From positions 248,001 through 312,000 of the forward strand of contig JASTWF010000340.1 in NCBI GenBank assembly GCA_030390025.1: a DNA stretch of 64,000 nucleotides, written 5' to 3'. The position numbers were made by a program, and so were the translations under genes. Shown here piece after piece: positions 27,136-37,734 of this stretch; the first letter of the stretch is position 1; each line of letters opens with the position of its first letter. Below the pieces are notes generated by a model that was not told the DNA's origin, did no database searches, and saw only the letters and a program-made list of their open reading frames with translations. The stretch comes from Squalus acanthias. Lineage: Eukaryota.

Positions 27136-27257
27136 GTTCTAGAGTGAGCTACTTTCCGACATGAGAGCTGTAAGGAATGGCGACTCAGTCTCTTGCTCCG
27201 CCTCCAGGATTGTCATACCTGGAAGCGTTCAGAGAATGAGAGCAGAAACAGAGGCTG

Positions 27258-27300
27258 AGAGGAAGTGAGGTGGCCCCACAATTAAAGCAACAGCACCACA
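27258..27300 (-). promoter_or_regulatory. ETS (AGAGGAAGTG) and RUNX (ACCACA) motifs upstream of the candidate leader exon
   Basis: Motif matches at 27258-27267 and 27295-27300; motif-level evidence only. Confidence 0.3.
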
Positions 27301-27369
27301 ATTAAATAAGGATTGGAACTTTGCAAGATTCAACATGGGACACATTTAAATTTCATACAATCTTCTCAG

Positions 27370-29050
27370 TATGTAGAGCCTAGAATGGACAATGAACCCA
27401 GAACAGCACCGTCAATCATTTGTCTTTAGTTAGAACCTCATCTCACAACATGGTCAGGAACTCCAGTGCTGTCAAGAGACCGTTTTCCCCCCTTCAGCCT
27501 CTTAGTGTCAACATCAAACACTCAAAAGTCATGCGCTCTACAGCAAAATACAAGGGCAAAGTGACTCAACAGAATTCTCAGAAGAGCGCCTCCTACTGTA
27601 TAGATCATAGTTTCTGAATTTCGTTAATCGTCCATCATTTTGGCTGCTTTAGTGAGATGCGGTTTGCTCCAGAATCGTTGCTGCTTTTACGCTGCAGTCG
27701 ATTAAAAAGAAAACTGAATCATCCAGAAACCGACAGCAGTGTTTTTCACGGAGGTCGGGGAAAATTAATGTACACGGGTATGTTTAATGTGAATCCCATA
27801 TTGAGCTGGTTTACTGTTGGTAATAATTGATTGATTTCTACCGTCTTCCTCAAATACTATCTCATGCATCATGGAAATGAAGGTGAAAACAAAACTAATG
27901 ATGTTACAGTGCAACGTTCCAGCTCTCCTCAGTAGAAGAGAACTGGAATGGCCTACGATGAAATGCACCGACACATTTAGAGATGTGTTCGAAACTGAAA
28001 ATGCTCATTTGAAACATTTGAATTAAAATGCAGAAGAGAATCAGTGCAGCTCTCTTCCTTAACCGCTTTCCCCTCCACAGCCATGCTGAACCATGTCAGA
28101 CTGTGAATGGGAGCTCACATTTCCCCAAAGAAGAGGGTCAGATTAGACGATTATAAGTAAATAAATGCATTAATAACCTTCACTCAAAATCAAGGGCGAT
28201 TTCATCAAGAACCACACATTCCCCCGTTGGTTCAGTAAGTTCAACGAGTGTGAAACTTCATTAATAATCACAAAAACATGGGGCTTTGGTAAAACGAGGC
28301 TGAGTTTGACATTTCTTCTTCCATTTTTTTCAGTATAAGATCTACCAGGACCGCGTCTGACGGGCAAAAGGCACTGGTAATATTCCCTGAAGCAGTGAAT
28401 CCCTGATACTCAGTGTACCAGAATACCTGTCCAACAACAACAGCAACAACAAGCATTGATAGAGCGCTGTAAAATGTCCCAAGGCGCTTCACAGGAGCGA
28501 TTATCCAACAAAATTGGACAGAGTTTTAGGGAAAAAGTTCCGTACCTTAGGTCCTGGGCAACTGAAGACACGGCCGTCAGAGGTGGAGCGCAGAAAATGA
28601 GGATGTTCAAGAGCAAGGAGGCCATTCGGCCCATCTTGTCTGTGAATTGGAATGTTGCAATGTATAACATCATAATCTTTGAATATTAGACTGAATGAAG
28701 GTTCTAGAGTGGACTATGGACCCAGATCAACGCCGTCAATCATTTGTGTTTAGTTATAACATTAGCTACCATCATGGTCAGGTACTCCAGTGCTGGGAAG
28801 TGTCCGTTTCCCACTCGAAACGAATGCGCAGGTCAGTAAAATGCAACAAAGTGACTCAACCCAAACCTCAGAAGAGCGCCACCTACTGTATCGATCCAGC
28901 ATTTTCTGTTTTTATTTTGTATCGATCATTGTTCCTCTATGTCGGTAAACAACCATCCTGTGGTCGATTTGAGTGAGATGCCGTTAGCTCCGGATACGTT
29001 GTCGATTTTACGTTGCAGTTGATTAAAAACAAAACCGGAACATCCTGAAA
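27370..29050. repeat. Old direct duplication of a ~350-bp non-TE segment (about 27370-27730 and 28700-29050), each copy with AP-1 and CTCF-like motifs
   Basis: Shared blocks CCGTCAATCATTTGT, CATGGTCAGG.ACTCCAGTGCTG, CAAAGTGACTCAAC and CTCAGAAGAGCGCC.CCTACTGTAT. Confidence 0.8.
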
Positions 29051-29721
29051 CTTAGAGCAATTTTGTTACATGAGTGTCTGGTGTAATGAATATCCAAGAG
29101 GCAAGAATTCGATGATTGCAGTGGTCTCGGAGGGTTGTAGGGCTGGATGATGTCATGGAGGAATTTGTATAGCAGGATGAGAATTGTGGGGCTGGAGAAG
29201 GTTACAGAGATAGGGAGGGGCGTGGCCATGGAGGGATTTGAACATAAGCATGAGAATTGTGGGGCTGGAGAAGGCTCCAGAGATAGGGAGGGACGGGGCC
29301 ATGGATTTTTATATCACGATGAGAATTGAAATAGTTTTTTTTAAAGGCATAGGGTTAAAAATAATTATGGACAGATTAATAGATAGAATGCTTTTAACAA
29401 TAGTCGAGAAATATTTAAATTAAAGTTGTCGTGTTTTCTATGTATTCTTTGGTAGTGAATAGAATGTATATTTGTGTTTCTGTCCTCTGTCTATTTTCAG
29501 GTTCCTTAGCATGTTAATAAGTGTTGTTATTTTTATTAAGTGTAGTAACGACATGAAGGGCTTTTTATGCAATAAATGCATAACAAATTTTATTGGTAAC
29601 TGTTGTTAACATCATTCATTTTGTGCCATTTAGCTCTTTCAGTTTTGCTCCTCTGAACGTTTAACTTTTACGATGAAGTCCAGTCATATCATTAAAACTC
29701 ATCGGACGGGATATCCCGCTT

Positions 29722-30400
29722 ATAGAATCTTGGAAATTTACGGCACAGAAGGAGGCCATTCGGACCATCGTGTTTGTGCCGGCCGAGAAAGCGCCAGCCA
29801 GCCTAATCCCACTTTCCAACTCTCAGTTCGTAGCCCTCTAGGTTACAGCACTTCAGATGCATATCCAAGTACTTTTTAAACGTGATGAGGGTTTTTGCCT
29901 CTACCACCCTTTCAGGCAGTGAGTTTCAGACCCCTACCACCCTCTGGGTGAACCAAGTCCTCCTCAAATCTCCTCTAATCTTCTACCAATTACTTTCAAT
30001 GTATGCCCCCTGATTATTGATACCTCTGCTAAGGGAAATAGGCTGCTTCCCATCCACTCTATCAAGGTGCCTCGTTATTTTGCACACCTCAATTAAGTCT
30101 CCCCCCACGGCCATATCTGCTGCAAATCAATCAACCCAGCCTATCGAAAATAACAAGTTAAAATGCTGGAAATGCTCAGCAGGTTAGGCCGCAACTAGGT
30201 GAGAGAAACAGAGTTAACGTTTCAGGTCGATGACCCTATCAAATCTTTCCTAATAGCTAAAATTCTCCAGTCCTGATAACATCCCCGTAAATCGGTTCCA
30301 TACCCTTTCTCGTGCAAGCACATCTTTCCTGTAATGTGTTGACCAGTACTGTAAGCAGTGCTCTAGCTGTTGTCTAACTGGTATTTTATACAGTTGAAGC
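29722..30400 (-). mobile_element. CR1 3' fragment interrupted by a short Penelope-type insert
   Basis: Antisense CR1 3' UTR and LQLYKIPVRQQLEHCLQYWS remnant. Confidence 0.8.
30146..30234 (-). mobile_element. ~90-bp Penelope-like terminal fragment with partial hammerhead core
   Basis: TSD CCTATC at 30140-30145 and 30235-30240; homologous to 39410-39510 and 40434-40525. Confidence 0.7.
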
Positions 30401-30596
30401 ATGTGGTGACCAGAAGTGTACGCAGTACTCTTGCAGTAATTCCGGCGAAGTAACGCCAGCGAAACGGGAGCAGGCTGTCTGGACCGCAATGTCCGGTGGC
30501 TTCTTGGTCCCCCTTAATCAGCTGGTCGCCCCCATCGCCCCCAGTTTGGGAATCTCTATTCTATTGTATGGAAAGGAACAATGGCACGAAACCGAG

Positions 30597-30695
30597 TGAC
30601 GTAATCTGTTTGTTCAGAGGACTGTAACTAACATGAGGAAAATTGCTTCACTGGAGACAGGTATAACTGAGGAATCCATTGAATGTGACACAGAG
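30597..30695 (+). promoter_or_regulatory. Proximal promoter of GPCR gene A (bZIP-like TGACGTAAT, FOX-like TGTTTGT, TATA-like GTATAA)
   Basis: 30/35 identity to the reconstructed block upstream of gene B, plus shared TGGAGAC, GTATAA and CCATTG(G)AATG in the same order. Confidence 0.7.
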
Positions 30696-31203
30696 ATAAA
30701 GTCTACAGCTTTTAGGATTCACATCGCTTTTCATAGAAAATGCGCCGATCAGCCATTGGTCCGGTGTATGCCATTTACTATCCCGTCCTCGCTGCTATTG
30801 GCGCTCCACATAAGTTGCTAAGACATTGAGTGTGCAAACGGCTTCTCAAAGCAGTTACTTAATTTGTTGTTTTTTATTCAGAGTTCAGTCTCTTCCTTTA
30901 AGGATCGGGCGGACCTTTTCACATCTTCTGCTGTGCTTGAAAGTGAGCGATTTCAACTGAGATCCCACCTTGTGATCAGAAATGATTGAAAGCACTGCGA
31001 TCGCTTTTGTTGATTCTCGCAGATGTACACCGAACAGTTTCCTTAGACTCGGCATTGTGCACCACTTTAGAGGATTTGTTCACCCATTTATTGAAAAGTT
31101 TTAACATTTGCCTTAAAACAGCCAACAAAACGTCTAATGAATGGTTAGCTACACTAATGCCACCGACATTTCAGTTTAGCTGATGTCGGGCGATGCATTA
31201 CAG

Positions 31204-31400
31204 TGTCAGCCGTGGCTCAGTGAGCAGCACTCTCGCTTCTGAGTCAGAAGGTTGTGGGTTCAGCGACCCACTCCAGAGGCTTGAGCACAACTATATAGCC
31301 TGACGCTCCAGTGCAGTAGCGAGGGAGCGCAACACTGTCGGCCGGTGCCGTCTTTCGGATGAGGCGTTAAACCGAGGTCCCGTCTGATCTATCAAGTGAA
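31204..31400 (+). mobile_element. tRNA-derived SINE, 5' half (Deu-domain type)
   Basis: A box TGGCTCAGTG, B-box-like GGGTTCAG, central GTGCCGTCTTTCGGATGAG block. Confidence 0.75.
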
Positions 31401-31409
31401 GGTGAAGGA

Positions 31410-31915
31410 GGAAGGATTTCAAGGTGTTGGAGAATATACAGAGGAGTTTTACCAGGAAGTTGCACGGGATGAGGACATTTAATTATGTGGAGAGTGTTGG
31501 GAAACTCGGATTGTTCTCCTTCGAACAGAAAAGATTAAGAGGTAACCGAATAGATGCATTCAAAATGCTGAGGGATTTTGATACAGCAGGTGGTGATAAA
31601 TGTAGGGCACTGGCAAAGCGGTCGGTAATCAGAGTTCATAGATTTACAGAAATTGCCAAAATAATTAGAGGGGAGCTAAGGATTTTTTTACACAGTGAAT
31701 GGCTAAAATCTGGAACGCACGACCCGAAAGCGTGGTGGAAGCAGATTCCATGGGAAATCTCAAACTGCTTTTGTATATATTCTGGAAGACTAATTTGCAG
31801 TGTTATGGAGAGGAAGCTGGGGCGTGTGACTGAATTGGACAGTTCTTTCGAAGAGCCGGCACAGGCACGACGGGCCGAATCATTTCCTTCTGTGCTGTAA
31901 CATTCTGTGATTCTG
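31410..31915 (+). mobile_element. CR1 3' fragment
   Basis: RSFTRKLHGMRTFNYVESVGKLGLFSFEQKRLRG; TTCTGTGA tail. Confidence 0.8.
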
Positions 31916-32187
31916 TGGTATTATAGTGTATTGTAATGCATTAATTACATTACGGTGTATTTTATTGTGCTAGACTCTATTATAATTATATACTTGTATT
32001 ATAATTCTTCATCTGGTATTATATTTCTAATAGCTCTCTAAAAGTATTATGGTCTAACACATGTTATTACACTGTGTTAGAGTGCACTAATTGCATTACA
32101 GTGCATTATTTGATATTATAATATATTATAATTGAATGAAATGTATTACGGTGCACTGTGCAGCATTATACTGTATTATATGGAAAG

Positions 32188-32650
32188 GGTCAGCAGTGGC
32201 TCAGTTGGTAGTACTCTCACCTCTGAGTCAGAAATTAGTGTGTTCAATGTCCCACCACAGAGACTGAGCACAGAAATCTAGGCTGACATTCCAGTACAGT
32301 ACGGAGGGAGTGCAGTACTGAGGGAGCGCTGCACTGTCAGAGGTGCCGTCTTTCGCATGAGATTTTAATCCGAAGCCCCGTCTGCTCTCTCAGGTGGGCG
32401 TAAAAGATCCCATGTCACTATTCCAAAGAGGAGTTGGGGAGGTACCGCTGGTGTCCTGGGCCAAAAATGTATACGTCAATCAACAAAACAAGATTATCTG
32501 CTCTGATCCACATTGCTGTTTGAGGGAGCTTGCTGTGCAGAAATTGGCTGTCGAGTTTCCTACATTAAAACAGCGCTTCATTGGCAGTAAAGCACTTTGG
32601 GACGTCTGGAGGACGTGAAAGGCGCTATATGAATGCACGTTTTTTCTTTC
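32188..32650 (+). mobile_element. Near full-length tRNA-derived SINE with Deu-like core and L2-type tail
   Basis: TGGCTCAGTTGG A box, GTAAAAGATCCCATG core, tail AAGGCGCTATATGAATGCA. Confidence 0.8.
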
Positions 32651-32981
32651 AATATGGAGCATCAATTGTATTACGGTGCTTTACATGGTATTGCAATGTA
32701 TTATCTGTTAACTCACTGTATTATACTGATTTAGCTGCGTTATAGCGCACTATATGGTGTTATGCTGTATTATACTGAATCAATTTTATTACAGTGCACC
32801 AATAGAAAATAAGAACATAAGAATTCGGAGGAGGAGAAGGCCATATGGGCCCTCGAGCCTGCTCCGTCATTCAATAAGGTGACGGCTAGTCTTCGACCTC
32901 AACTCCAGTTTCCGTCCGACCCCTTACCCCGTGATTCGCTTAGTAGCCCAAGAAACTATCGACCTCTGCCTTGAATATACT

Positions 32982-33204
32982 TGAATGAACTGGGACACAT
33001 CTCATTGTCTTGGCTGTGCTCTTAGTGTGTCTTTGATGTAGGGAAAGATTTAATCTATGCATTTTCTCTGTGTTTATATTCTGTGAATTCTGATAGATTC
33101 TCTCACAGTAACTTTACCTGACGAAGGGGCGACAGCTCCGAAAGCTTGTAATTTTAAATAAATCTGTTGGACTATAACCTGGTGTTGTGCGATTTCTCAT
33201 TTTG
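32982..33204 (+). mobile_element. Penelope-like terminal repeat fragment inserted into an antisense CR1 tail (about 32805-33400)
   Basis: 9-bp TSD GAATATACT at 32973-32981 and 33205-33213; contains a hammerhead motif followed by AATAAA. Confidence 0.7.
33114..33151 (+). ncRNA. Minimal type I hammerhead ribozyme motif
   Basis: UUAC-CUGACGA-A-GGGGC-GACA-GCUCC-GAAA-GC-UU-GUAA: both core boxes, stem I UUAC/GUAA, 5-bp stem II, palindromic AAGCUU in place of stem III. Confidence 0.7.
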
Positions 33205-33917
33205 GAATATACTAAACGAATGAACATCCACAGCCCTCTGCGGTGGAGGATTCCAAATATTCACTAACCTCTGAGCGAAGAGATTCCTTCTCTTCTCATT
33301 CTTAAAGGGCTGATCCCTTATCCTGAGTCAATTTCCCCTAGTTCTAGACACCCCAGCGCGGGGAAACAGCCTCACAGCATCTCCCATCTCAATCCCCCTC
33401 TGATACGGTGCTATACTCTATTATACTGAGTTCGATTTATTACATTGCACTATGTGGTGTGGTGATGCTGCGTCACCCATTTACCAAGACCACACAATGA
33501 AACAAATGGTTTAATTTCGGCTCCTAAGTGAGATTGACTGATTTTGAACCACTGCAGTCCGTATAGTGAAGATGCTCTCACAATGCTATTGGGTAGGGAT
33601 TTCCAGGATTTGAACCCAGCGATAATATTATGTGCAACTCAGGATGGAATTTGACTTGGAGATGAACTCCCACACCTGCTGCCCTAGGTCTTCCTGCTGG
33701 TGGAAGTTGCAGCTTTGAGAGGAGCTGCCGAAGAGGTCTTGGCGGGTTGCTACCGTGCATCCGGTTGATAGTACACACTGCATCCACCGTACTCCGCTGG
33801 TGGAGGGAGTGGATGCTCAGGTTTAATGTGGAAGAGCTGGATCAAATGTCAAATTTACAATTTTCATAGAACGTGCGGTGAAAATCGAGCCTGTGTTGTG
33901 AGTCTCAGCCCTCATTT

Positions 33918-35625
33918 ACATAGATACATAGATACATAGAAGATAGGAGCAGGAGTAGGCCATCCGGCCCTTCGAGCCTGCTCCGCCATTTAATGAGATC
34001 ATGGCTGATCCTCCAATTCAGTATCCCGTCCCCGCCTTCTCTCCGTAACCCTTAACCCCTTTTGCCTGTAGAAATATATCTAATTCCCTCTTAAATATAT
34101 TTAATGAGCTGGCGTACACTGCCCTCTGTGGCAATGAGTTCCACAGGTTCACCACCCTCTGAGTGAAGAAATTCCCCTTCATTTCTGTCCTAAATGGTTT
34201 AGCCCTTATCCTTAAATTATGTCCTCTAGTTCTGTTCTCACCCGCCAAGGAAAACATTCCTTCTGCATCTAGTCTGTCTAGACCTGTCAGAATTTTATAC
34301 ACTTCTATGAGGTCCCCTCTCAATCTTCTAAACTCCAGTGTGTACATCCCTAAACTACATAGTCTCTCCTCATAGGTCAATCCCGCCATTCCTGGTATCA
34401 GCCTGGTGAATCGCCGCTGCACCCCCTCCATGGCAAGAACATCTTTCCTCAGATGAGGCGACCAAAACTGTACACAGTACTCGAGGTGTGGTCTCACCAG
34501 TGCCCTGTACAGCTGCAGCAAGGTATCCCTGTTCCTGTATTCCAACCCTTTTGCTATGAAGGCCAGCATACCGTTTGCCTTCTTGACCGCCTGATGCACC
34601 TGCATGCTCGCCTTCAGTGACTGGTGTACAAGAACACCCAGGTCTCTCTGTACTTCCCCCTCTCCCAATTTATTGCCATTTAAATAATAATTTGCCCTCC
34701 CGTTCCTGCACCCAAGGTGGATAACTTCGCACTTGTCCACATTATAGTGCATGTGCCATTTATCCGCCCAATCACCCAGTCTGTCCAAATCGCTCTGGAG
34801 CTTCCTGGTCTCCTCCTCTGAGCCCACCCCCCCTCCTAGTTTAGTGTCGTCTGCAAATTTGGAAATGCTGCATCCGACTCCCTGATCCAGGTCATTAATG
34901 TAAATTGTGAACAGCTGGGGACCCAGGACAGATCCCTGTGGTACCCCACTTGTTACTGCCTGCCATTCAGAAAATGAGCCGTTTATTCCAACTCTCTGTT
35001 TTCTATCTGACAGCCAGTTCTCTATCCACGTCAATACTTTCCCCTTTATCCCATGAGCTTCAATTTTCCATGCTAATCTTTTATGTGGGCCCTTATCGAA
35101 GGCCTTTTGGAAGTCCAGGTACACCACATCTACTGGCTCTCCCCCATCTATTTTACCAGTTACTCCCTCAAAAAATTCCAATAGATTAGTCAAGCACGAT
35201 TTACCCTTTGTAAATCCATGTTGACTCTGTCCTATCCTGTCCCCATTTGCTAAGTGCTCCGCTATTTCATCCTTAATGATGGACTCCAGCATTTTGCCCA
35301 CAACTGATGTAAGGCTTACAGGTCTGTAATTACCTGCTTTTTCCCTACCCCCCTTTTTGAATAGTGGGGTAACGTTAGCTACCCTCCAATCCATGGGCAC
35401 TGTTCCCGAGTCTAATGAATTCTGAAAAATCATACTTAGTGCATCCGCTATCTCTAGGGCCACCTCCTTCAGTACCCTAGGATGCATGTTATCAGGCCCT
35501 GGGGATTTGTCCGCCTTCAATCCCTTTAGCTTCCTTAACACCATATCCTTAGAGATATTGAGTTGCGTCAGTTCCTCCTTTGCCAATGTCCCTATTTTTC
35601 CCGATATCCCAGGGAGGTTTTTTGT
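33918..35625 (-). mobile_element. Young 5'-truncated CR1 with open RT frame (34018-35586), in the intron of gene A
   Basis: ACATAGAT tail repeats; near-identical to 46060-47893. Confidence 0.96.
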
Positions 35626-36871
35626 CCTTTCCCGCTCTTGTTAACAATGAATTTGGTGGCGGTTGTGATCCTGTCGCAGGGAAGGTGCGGACTCTCCAGA
35701 TGCATCACTCACTACCTGGTGGGCATGGCAGCGACGGATCTGCTGGTCATCCTCACCGCGGTGATACTGAACCGGATCGGTGGGATTTATTTACTGGACT
35801 GTTGGCTCTCCATCACTCCCGCCTGTAGTCTCAGTACGGTTCTGGTTTACATAACCAGAGACAGTTCGGTCTGGTTAACGGTCGCTTTCACTTTCGATCG
35901 ATTCGTAGCCATTTGTTTCCAGGAGCTGAAAACGAGATATTGCAACGAAAAAACGGCCTCTGAGGTTATAGCGGCTGTTTGTGCGCTGGGCTGTTTGAAA
36001 AACATTCCCTTTTACTTTACATACCAGCCGTTGTATATAGTCAACAGAGTGCCCTGGTTCTGTGACATCAAATTAAGCTACTACACTTCCCCTGCATGGA
36101 AAGACTACGACTGGCTCGACCGTATATTAACACCGTGTCTCCCTTTCTTTCTGATTCTGCTGCTCAATGTTCTGACCGTCAGGCACATTGTAGCGGCCAG
36201 TCGAGTCCGCAGGGGACTCCGGGGAAACAGGGACGGTGAGAATCACAGGGACCCAGAGATGGAGAACCGGAGTAAATCTATCATTTTACTGTTCGTGATA
36301 TCCCTCAGTTTCCTGCTGTTGTGGATAACGTACGTCGTTCACTTCCTGTACGTCAGAATTATAGACGATTCTTATTTCACTGGTTTGAATTTCAATGCCC
36401 AACGCTTTATTCTCCAAGAAAGTACAAACATGCTCCAGCTCCTCAGCTTCTGCACCAACACCTATATTTATGCAGTGACACAGACTAAATTCAGAGAAGA
36501 GTTGAAGAATGCGATGAAATATCCCATGACTTTGATTGTGAATTGCTTTAAGCATTGCAAGTGAAAGCTTCCAGCGTTAATTATTGGGTAACGTTTCGCC
36601 CTGTGTTATTCCTATATTTGATTTTTAAACTCGCTTTCTTCCACTTTCCCCTGTCCTAATTAGAATTGCAAGCACTCCCTCTGAGACTCTTCCCCATCAA
36701 TGTTACCCCACACTTAAAATAAACCACTTGCATTTATATAGCGCCGTTCATGTCCATGTGTCAGCCGTTCGATTCCGACACCAAATAGAGGTTTGCGACG
36801 TTTTGCCTTTTACTGTATTTGACACACACAGTATCTTTATTCCGTAGACATACAGATAAATAAACGATGTT

Positions 36872-37634
36872 GGCCCAGAAATTCGCCACTCCGGCTTGCC
36901 GCGGCTGTAAGGATCGCGCGCGCTCCTACCTACCGCTCCTGCCGTTGTGTTTTGGGTCCACGGGAACTTCGGGTCCTGGGCCTCTCCCAACTGCTGGTGC
37001 GCAGTGCTTGCGTGTTCCAGGGGCGCAGTTAGTGCGATGCGTCCCCTGGGATCACGTGGGCCATGCAGAGTCAATGGCAGCAGACCATCTTTCATTCATA
37101 GATTTGACAGGAGACCTGTCAAATCTGTGAATTGAAATCGGCCCCAAAAGAACAGCTAAACTTAAAATATTTTTTTTTACAAACCATCACATTTATAAAA
37201 CAGCTATAGTTAAATAAATTAACCACATTAAACAAAAATTTTAATTTTTGAAAAAATTAAAATACATTTTAAAAGTGAAAAAAATAAACTTACCTTTCTT
37301 TAAAGTATCTAAAAAAGAAAAACCCGTTGAAAAAAATTTAAAATTATACTTACTTAACCACTTACCTTGTTCAAAACGGGTCTTGCGCCTCCTTTTCATT
37401 AGTGTAGTTTCATCAATACTTACCCTCGCGAAGAAAGCTGAAAAAAAATCTAAGTTTGCTGCATGAGCGCAGCCTCTAGCGCTCACGCGGTTCACCTAGG
37501 AACCGCCACCTTCACCATACCGGAAGTTCCGGTTTCCCGCGCATGCGCAGTGCATGCAGAAAACCGGCACTTCGGGAAGCAATACGGGTGAGTACAGAGC
37601 GCGTATTCACCAGGTAAGACCGAATTTGTGGCCC
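36872..37634 (+). mobile_element. MITE copy 2 (divergent subfamily)
   Basis: GGCCCAGAAATTCG...CGAATTTGTGGCCC; TSD GTT on both sides. Confidence 0.85.
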
Positions 37635-37734
37635 GTTATTGCGATTTCACCGCGTAGCGATGTAAACTTGTCCATCTATTTTGATTCCGACACTCCCTGC
37701 AACTTGTTAAGTTAAGTTTACGGTCTTTATAATA

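Larger units (their letters stand above)
31916..33460. repeat. Degenerate AT-rich simple repeat (TATTATACTG / TATTACGGTG-like) broken into three blocks by later insertions
   Basis: Blocks at about 31916-32180, 32660-32800 and 33400-33460. Confidence 0.55.
30740..36564 (+). pseudogene. GPR139/142-like class A GPCR gene A; exon 1 30740-30809, exon 2 35648-36564, 328 aa if joined; both splice sites non-canonical
   Basis: Exon 1 MRRSAIGPVYAIYYPVLAAIGAP (70 nt, same length and phase as gene B); exon 2 NLVAVVILS..DLL..FDRF..NTYIY covers the rest of a 7TM fold. Donor reads C|ATAAGT and acceptor reads TTAACAA|TG. Pseudogene status is inferred. Confidence 0.8.

Noticed and set aside
27062..27219. Tiny GT-AG intervals flanking the candidate leader exon (about 43 and 51 nt)
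   Set aside because: Shorter than typical vertebrate minimal introns; likely chance matches.
28170..28492. Minus-strand ORFs with a hydrophobic N-terminus
   Set aside because: The hydrophobic stretch comes from a (CAA)n SINE/L2-type tail; no recognisable domain or consistent splice frame.
30810..35645. AT-AC (U12-type) reading of the gene A intron
   Set aside because: The 5' site lacks ATATCCT, and splicing at the AC gives CAA TGA, an immediate stop.
35563..35646. N-terminal 28 aa of the 333-aa ORF call
   Set aside because: Derived from antisense CR1 and intron sequence; the homologous first exon is at 30740-30809.
36760..36785. GTTCGATTCC B-box suggesting a tRNA
   Set aside because: No A box or cloverleaf can be built around it.
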